DNA of 64,000 nucleotides from Eledone cirrhosa (Eukaryota): positions 168,454,001 through 168,518,000 of the forward strand of contig OZ024743.1 of the NCBI GenBank assembly GCA_964016885.1, in the 5' to 3' direction. The first letter of the stretch is position 1. The number at the start of each line of letters is the position of its first letter. A model generated the notes under the pieces. That model was not told the DNA's origin, searched no databases, and worked only from the letters and a program-made list of their open reading frames with translations. This document shows positions 1 through 13,150 of this stretch, one piece after another. The translations under genes were made by a program, and so were the position numbers.

Positions 1-535
1 AGTTATCACAAAAGCACAAGCCTTACACAAGTAAAATATGGTTATTATATGGTAGGGCTGAATAAAACAAGTTAATAGACAGTCACGGCACAAAAACAAG
101 CTATGCGCAAGCAGATCAGGGTTATTGTACGATAGAGCTGAAGCAATCTTATTTTATTAGTTGCTGTAAAATAACCGGTAAAGTTTTTACAATTGGTTAC
201 ATATTTCTCAAATTTCCACGGGTTAAACAGAAGTAGTAGGATATCAATTAAACGTAACAATCACATCCAAACCCATGACATTACATGCTAGATTAATACA
301 ACAGATAACCACTCTATATAAAAAATCACAGGCCGTATATTAAAAATTGTTCAAGAATGTGTTCCAGATTCAATTCAAACCAAAACTCCACACACCATCT
401 GGTCCCGAACATGTCAATACAATTTCTGGCAACAGAACTACACTACACTACACCCGACTCTCCCTATCTTTATTCTAAATGTTCGTGTGACTAGGTTTTT
501 GTGGAGCTTATACGCAACACTGTATTTATTAGGCA

Positions 536-574
536 CTGAGGATTCCTGCCAAAAGGTGAGGATGAAACATTGTA
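536..574 (+). ncRNA. Hammerhead ribozyme-like motif (type I, stem I decayed)
   Basis: CTGAGGA, T-TCCT...AGGA-T (stem II), GAAA, CATTG, TA. Stem I pairing is poor. Followed by AATAAA. Confidence 0.5.
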
Positions 575-696
575 AGTAAATAAAGACTGTTTGCGTATGT
601 AAGCGTTCTTTGGTTTCTCTTGCATATGTGTGTTTTGCAACGGGTCACTTTGTGGCTCAATGAAGAGTTAATAAATTAAATAATCAGAGCTATATA

Positions 697-1355
697 TCAT
701 AAAACATGTCTATAGAATCACCAGATAAAATAAATACCATTTTCTCTCCCAATTAGCATAATTAACCATATAAAAAATAGATTAGACCAAGCTATAAGAA
801 TAAAGGCTTCTATGAAGAAATATCCGACAAATAACCGAAAGCAGCCCTTCGCGCCGGCTGCGACGGAATATTTATCGCTCAGATATACAGTCAAACAAAC
901 ATAATTAGGTGTAAAATAAACTAGGAGAAAAGTGAACATATTTAGTTACCTCTACCATGGTTTCGTTCGCATTTTAAGATATCCGATAGCATCGGACATC
1001 TAGAGCACCGGACTCTTCAGGAAGTTAGCTCAAATTTAGACAATAAATTTTCCAAAGTGATCGCGCCAAGAATACATTAAAAAATGCGGACGAAACCATG
1101 GTAGAGGTAACTAAATATGTTTACTTTTCTCCTAGTTTAAGTTTGTTTGACTGTATATCTGATCGATTCATACACGCTGTCGAAATACTCGATAAATATT
1201 CCGTCGCAGCCGGCGCGAAGGGCTGCTTTCGGTTATTTGTCAGGGATTTCTTCATTCTTATAGCTTGGTCTAATCGATTTTTTATATGGTTAATTATGCT
1301 TATTGGGAGAGGAAATGGTATATATTTTATCTGGTGATTTTATAGACATGTTTTC

Positions 1356-1359
<4 letters not shown>
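697..1359. repeat. Fold-back non-coding element (arms ~697-975 and ~1081-1359) carrying an HHR; PLE/retrozyme-type inversion
   Basis: Arms are reverse complements with small indels (e.g. gcagcccttcgcgccggctgcgacggaata / tattccgtcgcagccggcgcgaagggctgc); flanked by TA repeats. Confidence 0.85.
948..1025 (-). ncRNA. Type I hammerhead ribozyme, long stem II, palindromic stem III, GUA site
   Basis: Minus strand: acttc CTGAAGA GTCCG..[inner hairpin gatgtccgat-gct-atcggatatc]..CGAAC (CGGAC in the other arm) GAAA CCATGG TA gaggt. Confidence 0.75.
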
Positions 1360-1403
<44 letters not shown>

Positions 1404-1624
1404 TGTTTGAGATATGTTGGCTGAGAGCTTTTGACGGGAGCGGAAATATTTGTTTCTAATCTCCTGCAACCACATAAATGTGTAAATCGGCGGCCGATCG
1501 GGAGACAGAGTTGTATCAGATTCCAGTTGCTAATCACTTTACTGTGTCGGCAGTTAGAAACAGTCATAGCCGGCATCGACTGGAGTTGAATCCTGTCGAT
1601 CGATTGGTTATTGATTAGGCGATA

Positions 1625-1717
1625 CCCGCTGATGAAGCCACATGTGCCGATTATGCATTGTTGAATAATATATGCAGACGGAGGGTGCATTAAGTGTGGC
1701 CGAAACTCGAGTCCGGG
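1625..1717 (+). ncRNA. Type I hammerhead ribozyme, GUC site
   Basis: cccg CTGATGA AGCCACAT...GTGTGGCC GAAA CTCGAG TC cggg; stem III palindromic (ACTCGAGT). Confidence 0.8.
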
Positions 1718-1880
1718 AACTACTATAGGCACCCGTTTACGTGTGTTTTATTGAAGCTAATAACTATGTGTATACTCTGGGAATGTATTCTACATTACCT
1801 ATTTAGTACGCTAAGATACAACCGGTCCTGGCATTGATAAATATGCTGGGTCCGTCAACTCCTTATTTTATATATATATA

Positions 1881-2495
1881 CTAGCAGAATGTCCTGGCGT
1901 TGCTCGGGATTTGCTCTAGCGTTCTTATATATTTGATATATATTTATCGTTTGTTTATATTTTGTTATTGTGCATGCAAAAATATCTGTATATATAAATA
2001 ACAGTACAGAGAAGTACGGAATACCTCGGCCTCGGGTTGGTGTCTACATTTTGTGCTTATAAAAAAAGTTCGTCGTACATTACCAGTGTTTTTTCCGTTA
2101 TAAGAAAATCAATATTTTATCGCGAAATAAATACTTTTGTTTATATATATATGCAAAATATCTGTACACATAATTATATATATATATATATTAAAATAAC
2201 AGATTAAAGTTTAAGCAAAGAATCGCTGCTTTCACCCTTAACGGGATCTTCTGAAACTAAAATAATAAATATGTGATCGCAGAAATAAATATTTAGAAAA
2301 ACGTTACACACTGGGGTCGATTTAATCGACTAGCCCTCGCCCCAAAATTGCTGGCTTTGTGCCTATATAAGAAACCATTATAAAGGCGCAACGTAATATC
2401 TATGTATCTATCTGAAAAGAGAAAGACTAAGAGCGAGAGAAAGAGATCGCTAAATCGCCTAATGCGGCCCCTAGGGCATTGAAAATTTGAAATTT
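1881..2495 (-). mobile_element. Non-autonomous Helitron, 3' part; contains a captured PLE-tail/HHR-like segment and a SINE tail
   Basis: Minus strand ends cccgagcaacgccaggacattctgCTAG|T; colinear with 47215-47857. Confidence 0.75.
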
Positions 2496-2504
2496 TTTTT
2501 TTTT

Positions 2505-3050
2505 TCATTTAGCTTTGGTTGGAATTTATCAATAACATTCTTTTCTTTAATTTTTCTCTTGATTTCACTTGGGCTGTGTAGTTTGTAGAATGGAAATATT
2601 ATAAATATTTTCTGACCACATGTTGCTAGATGGTTACTCAGGGGTATCTGACGGACATTTGGGTGTCTGACTTGCTGTCGGTGCACCCGTGCACGTTCCG
2701 ATAGTGCATTTCCAGTTTGACCGACATATAGTTCTTCACAAGTCGGGCATTTAATGCAGTAAATTAGATTGCTGCTTTTGCAGTTCATATTTGCCTTTGG
2801 GAATATTTTTCCAGCTTTTGTGTTCATATATTGACCAGTATGTATGAATTGACATGTGCCACATTGACTATCATTGCATTTAGATACAGTGAATGATTGG
2901 TCTTTTTTGCCTTTGTTAGTAATTGCTTCACATTTTCGGCTGTCTTTTACTAAGAATCAAAGCTCGGTCTGTGATTAAACCTTTTAATTCATGACTTTGA
3001 GCAATGATCGGTAGGTTTGCTTTGGCTGTGTTGAAGACATTTTTACACAT
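2505..3050 (-). pseudogene. Penelope-like element 3' fragment (GIY-YIG endonuclease)
   Basis: CNDSQCGTC...NLIYCIKCPTCEELYVGQTG...ERARVHRQQ...IDKFQPKLN; same family as 44170-45783. Confidence 0.85.
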
Positions 3051-3875
3051 ACTTCATATTTCTCTCTCGTTTATATATACATACGTATTAGTGTGTGTAT
3101 GCTTGCATCTGTGTATACGTGTTCTTGTGTGTGCGAGAGAGACAAAGAGCGAAAGGGTGAAAGGTGTATCATACCATAAGCTCGAGCTTACCCTCGTCTA
3201 TTGAACACTCGCTTCAAAGTCGCACACAATTCTGAGAAAAAGATCAAAGCAGTCATCTGACATCGGCTTCAAATGTTTCTCAAATGTACGCCTCTTCATC
3301 CCTCCACCTCTCTGTCCTCCCACCACCAACGTTTTCAAGCCACTATCACTGCCATATCAACCCTTTCCCAGCCCACCACCTGTCATACCATTCCCCTACC
3401 ACCTATGTTATACCTCCTACACCAGCTATCATACCATCACCCACTACTCTCATACCACCCCACTCCTCCACTCACACTTATACCATACCAACATTTTCTC
3501 CTTCGGCTACGACGATAACGAATCTCACCTCGGTCAACATTGCCTTTTATCCTTTCGAGTACTATTCCAGTAATTAGATCGATTCTTCCTCATTTCCTCT
3601 CCCCCTCTCTTTCCTTTTCTTTTTAGAAAAAAATCAGCTGTATTCTGACCGAAAGAGGCGATGGACCTTGCCAGAATCCGTAAGCAAATGAGGTTAATCA
3701 GCCCATATACATAAGAGATAAAACTATGTTTGCACCTATATTGAATTCCAGAAATAGCTGTCGGTATTTCCCCCTTGGAAATCGCTAGTTGGCGCCCTGC
3801 CACCACCTTTTAAAATCTACAGCCTTTCAAATGTTTATTCGTAAACATATCGTATATTAATTTATAGACAAAATT

Positions 3876-4044
<169 letters not shown>

Positions 4045-4192
4045 ACGTGTGTTTAGCAATCGATCATTTCAAGGTGCGACATGATACTGATCGTGCCCGA
4101 CTCGAGAATCGATAGCTTATCAGACTTGTGGATTCTTAAGGATAGCGGCGACTATGGTGAAATACCAAACCTAGAACCCCACATCGTATTCT

Positions 4193-4223
<31 letters not shown>

Positions 4224-5869
4224 AAGAACAAAGCTCTTATTATATACACACTGCGCTGTATCGAGTGCTGACCTCAGTACTCTCACCAGTTTTCTTCGGA
4301 CTTACTGAGCGTTTTGCACGTTATATATATATACACACACACATTTCTTCAGCATATATGCGTTCATATGCATCTGCAATTTACCCATGTTACTATAAAT
4401 TGTTCTCCACACCTCGCGTCCAAGCCCCTTCTATAGGTTACCCCATTTGCTGGTTCCTTATAGTTGTCTTCTTGTTGTAGTTGTAGTCGCTGTTGTTTCT
4501 GTTGCTACTGGTGGTCGTGGTATAAATACAGTTGTTGATGATGGTGGTCGAAGTAATTGGTTGCTGTCATTGTTGTTGTTGGTCTTGATGTTATTACCAT
4601 AGATGTTGTTGTTACCGGTGTTGTTGTTAATACTGATTTTGTTGTAGGTCTTGTTGCTAATACAATACTGTTGCTGTTGTAGGTCATCATTATGTTGTAA
4701 CTTTTGGATCTATTGTTGTTGATACTGCGATTGTTGTTTATCATAATTTTATTGTTGTTGTAACAGTCGCGTCTATTGCTGTTCATACTGCTGTTATTGT
4801 TTTTGTTCTTATTGCCGTTGATGTTGTTGTAGGTCTTGCTGCTATTACAGTTGTTGTTCTTGTTTATCATAATGTAACTGTTGGGTTTATTGACAGTGCT
4901 GTTGAAACAGTGATTGTTGTTATTGTTGTTCATCCTAATATTGTTGTTGGTGGTGTAGTTGTAACTGTTGGCTCTATTGCAATGGCAACTGTTACTATAG
5001 ACAGGAATCGGGTTACCAATGAATGACAACATGGAAAATTTATCTTTTATCTCGATAGTCATTTCCTTCCCTGGCCCAGCTGACATGTTGATCGATTGGG
5101 CTTCCGGTTTCTATCGAACTATTTATACGGATGGCTCTAATTTTAGTTTCGACATCTAGCTTACCGCTACCCTCATTCACATGCACAAGTGGACATACAC
5201 ACTCGCATAAACACAGGCATACAGAAACAGACATTTACACAGACAAACATACACGCACACGCACACATGACGACGACACACTCACACACTCACACATACA
5301 CAGCAACGTACACTCACAGTGACATACACACAGGCGTAGACTCATACAAACGCACACACACATGTACAGACACACATGTATAAACGGCTCAATTCAATCA
5401 ACACCCGTTTAATTCTAACTTACACACTCTTCTCACACATTTCGCCAGATAAGCCTACATTAAAAGTACTTTCCCAACAAATCTCCGACACCCCATCACA
5501 CACTCCTCCTCTGACCACCAGAAGTACATATATTTTAAAACTTTCTATAAATGTCTGTCTATCTTTCTAATTAGTAATGGATAGTAATTTATAATTAAAC
5601 GCTAACCACACACGATACTCTGTCTTCGCCCTCCCACTTTCTACCCAATATTCTGATTTTTTTTTTAATGAATATTTCCTTTTCTAAGCAATGAGAATGC
5701 GTGAGTACACATACATTTGTGTGTAAGTAAGTGTGTGTTAGGAAGGGAGGCGGGTCATGGGATAAACCAATGGTTGAATGAGCAAGAATATTCACTACGT
5801 GATGTAGTATTATCATATTTCAAAGAAGCTTAACTAAGAGTCACCCCAAGCTTCACATCTTCATTGGGG

Positions 5870-5997
5870 TTAGCTTTGCCTTTCATTCTTACAGGATCGA
5901 TAAGATAAAGCACCAGTAATGCACTAGCGTCGATTTAATCGACTTCGCCTCCCCTAAAATGTTTGGCCTTGTGCCCATAGTAGAAACCATTATTATA
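5870..5997 (+). mobile_element. SINE 3' fragment (Deu/Nin-like domain family)
   Basis: ctttgcctttcattcttacaggatcgataa...ggccttgtgcccatagtagaaacc matches the window's main SINE. Confidence 0.7.
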
Positions 5998-5999
5998 AA

Positions 6000-8715
6000 T
6001 ATGGCACCGTGAATGTTCTCTTCGCTACACCCGAAGAATCCAGAGGACACTCCAATACGCCACTCCACAGCGAGGAAATAACCATGGTTCTGACGTACTA
6101 TGACCAAACAATTGTGAGGGTACAAGTGACCTAGGTTCTGGACTCAGTAGAAATCGCTTGGCTGATGGCGGCCTTTCTTGCTGACGTCGAAGAAACGACT
6201 ACCATCTTAGACAATATGTGAATCAAACAAGGAAGCTGGTCTGGATCGGAGATGGAGCTGATAATCTAATCCGATCATGAAAATATAGAGGCCCTCTCCG
6301 AAGTGATCGACCAGGACGACGGCAGCCACCTACCAGTGACTGTCGAAGGTAGACGGACAAGTTGTCACGGATGTGGAGATAAAACGCACCTAGAGGCCTT
6401 CTGCCCAAAACTAACCATGACGGAAACGAGCCCCCCTCTTTTCCCTGTGCCGTGTCCCACGACTGGAGTGGCCAAACCATCTGTGGCCGCAGTGGATACA
6501 AAACTACCGGCACAGGCACCAGTACCAGCGATATCAACAACAGAAACACCATCTCCACCACCAACAGCACCACAAAGGCCAGTGGAGAATATGCTCTTCC
6601 CAATATCGCACAATCGGACAACGAGAGGGATGACGGTGAAGGGTGGAAAACTCTCGGAGCGAGAAAAAAACGGAAAGACCTCGCACCTTTCGACCTAAAA
6701 AAAAATGGGGGAAACAAAAAAAAAAAAAAGTGAAGACGTTAATGTCACCCCCACCATCATCAATAGCCCCACTGCCTCAACCACCAACACCATCACCACC
6801 CCCACCATCATCATCATCAACCCCATAGTCACCTCCATCAACACCGCAGCAGACACAAAAAGCACCAGCATGTCAAACACAGATACAATACACAGCGATA
6901 CACACAAACAACAAAACAACTCATATAAATTACATACAGCACAACACCAACATCACAGAAACAACTTACATACTAACCCCAAACATTGCACCTCCCATAC
7001 ACATTAAAATAATCGAAATTTCACAAAAGACTTGAACAATTTTTAAAGAGTCCCCCCGAGGCAATTGGAGACTATCGATGGAAACTATCGAGGAAGAAAC
7101 CCACCACTGCCCGAAGGGATGGATCACCCACCCTCTTTCTAAAAAGCCAAACGTAAAGTCTCCCCCCCCCTCATTTGTTTTCCTCCTATCTTATCCAACA
7201 TGGCTTCCCTGAGGTTATGGGGTCGTCTTGGAAATCAGGGACACCTGCACAGCGATCTCAGGTCACTAAACTTAGTTTTATTGACCATTAGCGAAACCGC
7301 AATCTCCGTGGTACGGGTATTCGCACCCATTTTCGGCGGCGAAGAAGTGTACGCATCTTCAAACCGTTCGGGTGTTCGAGGCGGAGTGGCAGTGTTGTTC
7401 CGTAGAGGTCTTGATCTCGAGATATGGACAATCTTCTTCAATCCAGAAGGTACGTTGGTGATGCTGGACGTGACCAGCGGAGAAGAGCACGCTTTCAGGC
7501 TAGTGGCCGTCTACGCCCCACAAGGGCAGGATGTCCTGACTTCTTCCGCGCCTGGATACCTTTCTTGGAATGTCGCGCTCTTTGGTGTTAGTGGGTAACT
7601 GGAACGGAATCTTGAATGCACGCTGGGACTCTGTGGACGAACAGATAGAACCTTCTCAGACATTTCCAACTGTTTTACAAGTATCGTCTGAAGTAGAGGG
7701 AAATCTAGTTAGAAAATTAGACAAGGTACTTAGAAAAGGCATTGAGACCGACATGCTGGCGGCGAGATTGGCCCTCGCCAACGCAAATCACGAAGGTAGC
7801 GTTGTCAGAGTTATGATGCGTGCTCTCAGACACGAGGGGATGAAAGTCGTTCGATGGGCCAGAGTGGTGGAGGCGCATCGTGGTAACAAAATGCCGATCC
7901 GGTCTTTAGAGGAACACGACTGACGCATATTAGTCGAACCCGAGCAAATCTGCGCGGCTTTTCAGCATCAATTCGTCCAGCTGTTGAGGAGTGGGGGCGG
8001 CACGAGTCGTGGAATGAACATTATCCAAACCTCGACTGCCTGCCGCAGCACTCGGTGCCGGAGGAGTGCTGCGAAAGGCGAATAATCTGAGATACATGAG
8101 GCAATGATGAGTGTAAAATCGCCTGGGTGGATGTTGTGCCCTACGAGCTTTACGTACACATGCCATACTTGCTCGGCAACCTCTTGGCAGACGTCTACTG
8201 CGACTGGCAGCAAAACGGGAGAATTCCCAGTTCTGAAAGCCGAGGAGTGGTGGCGCTTCTGAGAAAGGACCCGAACAAGGGGGACAACATAGATAAATTC
8301 AGGCCCATAACTCGACTAAATGTAGAGTTCAAAATTTTGGCCAAGGTATTAGCAACTAGGTTGGCGCTTGTCGTGGTTGGTTTGGTGGAAGAGGCACAGA
8401 TATTCGCCATTCCAAACAGATCCATCCACGAAAACATTGCACCCCATACAATACATCGTGGAGAGGGTAGCTAAAGAACCTGGCACCTGTGGGGCCCTGA
8501 TCAAATTAGATCAAAAGAAAGTATTCGATAGGGTCAACCATCGATACCTGGCGGCCGGCTTTGGGCCCGTTTTCTGATGCTGGGTCGCTGCAATGCACCG
8601 CAACATTTGCTCTATGGTGGGAGTGAACGCTCACCTTTCGGAACCATTCAACATCATGCGCTCGGTCCGCCAAGGATGTCCCCTCTCATCCCTGTACGTA
8701 TTGACTCTCGTGACA
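6000..8715 (+). mobile_element. Decayed Tx1/L1-type LINE (ORF1 zinc knuckle, APE endonuclease, RT fragments)
   Basis: CHGCGDKTHLEAFC (CCHC); GGVAVLF...FRLVAVYAP...GNWN (APE); FRPITRLNVEFKILAKVLA, LDQKKVFDRV, VRQGCPLS (RT); many frameshifts and deletions. Confidence 0.8.
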
Positions 8716-9834
8716 TTACATACGTACATACATGTATACATACAGACATACAGACACATTTTCGGTTGACTGTATGTGTGTGTATGTGTGTTTGTTTTTG
8801 TGGAATAAACATTAGAGTGGGAGGAAAGATTAGGTGATAGAAAATGCATTGGAATAGTGAATGCAAGATAACTGAACGTGAAGTCCTTTATCAGCTACCG
8901 ACTAAATATCAGTGCTATTTCGATTTATACATACATATTTAATAGCCTTTTAAGACGACAACCAATCTGCTTCTGTGTAAAATAAATAGTCATAGCGATT
9001 TAAGTGTTTTATTTAATATACAGGCTTATTAAACAGAACCTGATTAATAGCGTACATGCTCCATAAGAAGCAAACAAACACTTGCTTTCTTAGTACATTT
9101 TATCCTCATTGAGCTTTTTATTATGACTGTAAAATGTTATGACCCTTTATGTTTTCGGAGTTCAAATCTCGTCGAAATCACCTCTGCCTTTCATCCTTAT
9201 GGAGTTGATAGAATAAAGGACCAGTAACGCACTGGGGTTGATTTAATCGACTTTTCCCACCCCCAAGATTGTTGACCTTGTGCCTAAATCAAAACCCATT
9301 ATTATCACAATCATTTTTTACCTCAGGATTGATCTTATTCTTGGTAAGGTATTTGTGGGCAGTGTTCACCAGACTCACGTTACCCCAACTTATTTCTTTG
9401 AAGGAGAGCTGCAGTCGTGAGTCAAGCAAAGACGAAGAGGGAATGATTGGCAACGGAAATATTGCCAAAATATTGCCCTCTACTACATGGACACTGCGAT
9501 TAGTGAAAAGTTCACTTGTGCTTTGTATAGAAGATTAATGGAAAGTGAATGAGGTGACGTTCTTGGGGAGACTGTGGGCGTTGAAGGCAACGTACTAGCT
9601 GCTCTTTTCCGAAGAACTATCTGCTAAGAGTCAATTGATAACTTCTAGAATACCTGGTCTGGCAATGCTACCTGGATGGGTAGGGGGCATTGCTGGTTCA
9701 ACTTAAGCTCTACAGGCACAAACGTACCGTCAATTCAGCTTGTTCAAGATGGACACTGGGCAGCGAAACTATTCTGCACTCACCCGTGTTTTGTTTTGGT
9801 TTTGTGTTTCTTTTTTTTTTGTTTTGCTGTAGTA

Positions 9835-10035
9835 TGGCGCCGGTGAATTGGCAGTATCGGTAGAGCGTCCGACACCATGCTTTTCAGCATTTCAGCATAG
9901 AGTTATGGTCCTTTACGTTCTGAGTTTTAATCCGCCGAGGTTAACTTTGCCTTTCGTCCTTACGGGGTCGACAAAATAAAGCACCAGTAATGCACTTGGG
10001 TAATTGTTGGCCTTGTGCCAAAATTAGAAACATTA
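9835..10035 (+). mobile_element. tRNA-derived SINE with Deu/Nin-like central domain
   Basis: ggtgaattggcagtatcggtagagcg (A box-like)...gagttttaatccgcc (B box-like)...ctttgcctttcgtccttacggggtcgacaaaataaagcaccag. A partial copy lies at ~9150-9300. Confidence 0.8.
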
Positions 10036-10093
10036 TTTAGTAGTAGTATTCTTTTCATGTTAATCACATCTGTGAGTTCTATAGTTTAGTATA

Positions 10094-10220
<127 letters not shown>

Positions 10221-11479
10221 CGAAGAGATTGTTTTGGCAATAACAGGGGCAAGCAGGAGAAAGCTCTCAACATTCGTAGTTTGTAGTTACGATAGAGATT
10301 CAGTACAATAATAACATTTGTTGCTGTTACGAAAACGGTATCCACAGATGAAATTCGATTTTGTGATATGCTGCCGGTAGGAATAAAAACGCACGTCCTT
10401 CTGCTCATGCGTCCAGCAGACATATGAGTTCCTCAAAGGGTCTCTCAGTCGTCGTGTTCACAGGAGTAAAGTGCTATCCACGTGTCAATTAGCGGAATCA
10501 AGATTCACGCAAGCCACACCGAATTGAGGTCTGAAATCAGTAGAAAGGTAACCCTCTCAAGTATGTTGTGTTGATCTGTATCAAACGATAGTCTATGCAT
10601 GGCCAGAACCAAGTAGATAGTGGAAGCAATAAACGGAACTCTGAGGGAGTGCGAGGTATATATTTTGTTGACAGCCACATTCAATACAACAGCTACAACA
10701 ACAACATCAGCAACAACAACAACAATGACAACAAAAGCAAACACTGACCAGCGACGCGTACATTGGCCGCAGCGGTCGTAGTGATAGTATTACCCAGCTA
10801 ACAACAACAACGATAACAACAAGTGACGACGACAACAACAACAGCAATAAAAGGAACTCTTAGGTGGGGCGATATACACACTTGATGACATCCATCCTCA
10901 AGAAAACAGCGACAACAACAACCCAAACAACAGCAACACCACCCATCGCCCACACTGGTCATCGCAGTAATAGTGATATTAGTACCCAGCTAATGGCAGC
11001 GAGTACACCCCACCCGAGAGCCAGGCAGCTGCAACACTAACAACAACAACAAAAACACCTGTAATGAACCCATCACGGCGACAAAGGCCAATGTAGTTAC
11101 GTTGTTATTAATACTATCAATAGTGGCAAACATGTTCGACAGAAAGGGCTGCTAGACAGTGGAGGTGAGCTGTAGGAAGCGGATATAGCAACAGAAAAAT
11201 ATACAGATATAAATTCAGGTACACATATGGAGAACATAGGAACACGCGGAACAAAGATTATACATAAATACAAAAGTAGGTATACATACGGAGAATAAGG
11301 AACAAGGTACAAAGAGATATAAAACGATGGACCCTCATAAGATCCCATGTGTGCATACAAGTTATCCAGGGTTCGCCTGTCGATGGGGTTGTTGTGTGGC
11401 CACGTCCGGCTCCGATGGTCAATATTTGCACTGGCCCTCAACCAGTACAACTATGTTGTTAATCCATACAGTCTGAGGA

Positions 11480-13150
11480 AGGTTCCAGTTTATCTGTCGT
11501 GGCAGGTGCTGAACAAGTTACTTCTTTTATTGATAACCTGTGTTCCCCTCTCGATTATCTCCATAATCTCGGTAACACATAGATTGCACGAGTCATGCAC
11601 TCCTCCCCTGTAGGGTTGGGCTGAGGCGGCCTTGGACCACGCGGACCGTTTTTAATCTACTCCGGTTTAAGGCTTCTATATTTCGTTTCCAGGTTTATAG
11701 TCGTGGAGTAGGACAATTTAATTGTGTGCCTGTTGAAAATCTCGCGGAACCTGTGCTGTTTAGGGAAGTGCTTATCTAAGGTCCTGAAGAAAGAAGCCGC
11801 GAGTTTGCCGCGTAATCCTGCGCAGAAGGGGGGTTTATACCATACGGCATTGCGAGAACGGGTTCGCTTCCTGGTGTAGGCCCCAGTGCCGTTAGCTGTT
11901 CAATCCGAGTATGCATTACGCAACTGCTGTGGGCACCTGGAATGGTCACACACCCAGTTGGTCGTTGCCCGTTGGGTTTGCCATGCCTATTGGAGCAACC
12001 CGAAGTGTGCCGTCCCGGTTCGCAGCGAGGGCGATGGCTCGAACTGTCCACGCTCCCCCCTGGGGCTGCACAGTGTTCGCACGGTCCCACCACACCAGCG
12101 CCCTCTTTTCTATTGTAGGCGAAGCCTGGTCCCTGCATTTTGAACTTTGGTTTACTGTTCCTCTAGGAATAGTTTGCATTGTAGTTCCAGGGATGAGTGT
12201 TGCACTCCCAGCCGGTTAGCCCGGCCGTTGGTTCCTTCTGATACGTTACTGTCAGCGGTTGCGTTATTCATTCGATTGGGTATATACTTAATTTTATCTT
12301 TGTAACCTGAACTAATTAGGGTATTATTATAATAGTTAGCTACGTTGTTGAAGGTTTCCTGGTTAACTGATAGAGATTATATCCTACGGGATACGCTATT
12401 CACTATGGCCCTCTTGACTGACCCGGGATGGTTGGAATTCGCATTAACGTACTTGAGGCTCTTATTCGGCGTGTGGTACGGATAGTAGAGGCTGGATATA
12501 TATATATACATATTTGTGTACATGCTTGTTAATTGACATATTCATACGTTGATAATCCTTTCATTTTGTCTATTGGAACTGATAATCCGATTTCAGGTAC
12601 TTCAATGCCTAATCGTCCCTGAGAACAGTATCTAGCTGATTAGCTGTTTGTAGGAATTTATATATCTCAGCGTATGGTCGTTTTGTCAGTTTTGAGACCC
12701 TTATATGTTTATACCACATTCTTTTTGTTGGTATTTCAAAGTACTGGCATAACATCCATGCCTATGAATGCTCCAACTTCGTCATACTTAAAATGTATTG
12801 TTTTTGGTCAAGACTGGCCATCCAAACACAATAGGGCTTATAGTTTTCCCTCATTTTTACATATTCTGATGTTAGTTCATTTATTCTGCTTCGTTACATG
12901 TTTTTACTGCTTTCTGATGTGAAGGAATTGATCCAATACCGTAATGAAGTGTCTTTCAGTGCCCTGCGCTTCACAGCCAGTGTTAGGAATTACCTTTTTC
13001 TATTTCTATCCTGTTCAGTTTTTCGTGTATTGACCATGGAAAGTTTTTTTTTATGTCATCGCTTTAGCGTGGCATTCTGTAGTCCCAATTATATCTTAGC
13101 TTTTAGGGGGATTTTTGTAATATGTATTTTTGTTTCTCCTTTATTTTCAT
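11480..13150 (-). mobile_element. Decayed Penelope-like element (YRDD-type lineage) with internal deletion in the endonuclease
   Basis: Minus translation: LYYPYHTPNKSLKYVNANSNHPGSVKRAIVNSVSRRI; VWYKPPF...FFRTLDKHFPKQHRFREIFNRHTIKLSYSTT; SCNLCVTEI...INKRSNLFSTCH. All align with the 16590-17750 ORF. The upstream boundary is uncertain. Confidence 0.75.

Noticed and set aside
4505-5086. 193-aa Asn/Thr-rich ORF
   Set aside because: Decayed (AAC)n low-complexity sequence. The neighbouring 5040-5180 may be a PLE RT remnant, but the similarity is too weak to call.
5845-5870. accccaa...ttggggt hairpin with a TGAAGA/GAAG-like core on the minus strand
   Set aside because: Core incomplete and no stem II.
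9330-9780. Possible CR1-like LINE 3' remnant on the minus strand
   Set aside because: Only a vague resemblance; no clear motif could be read.
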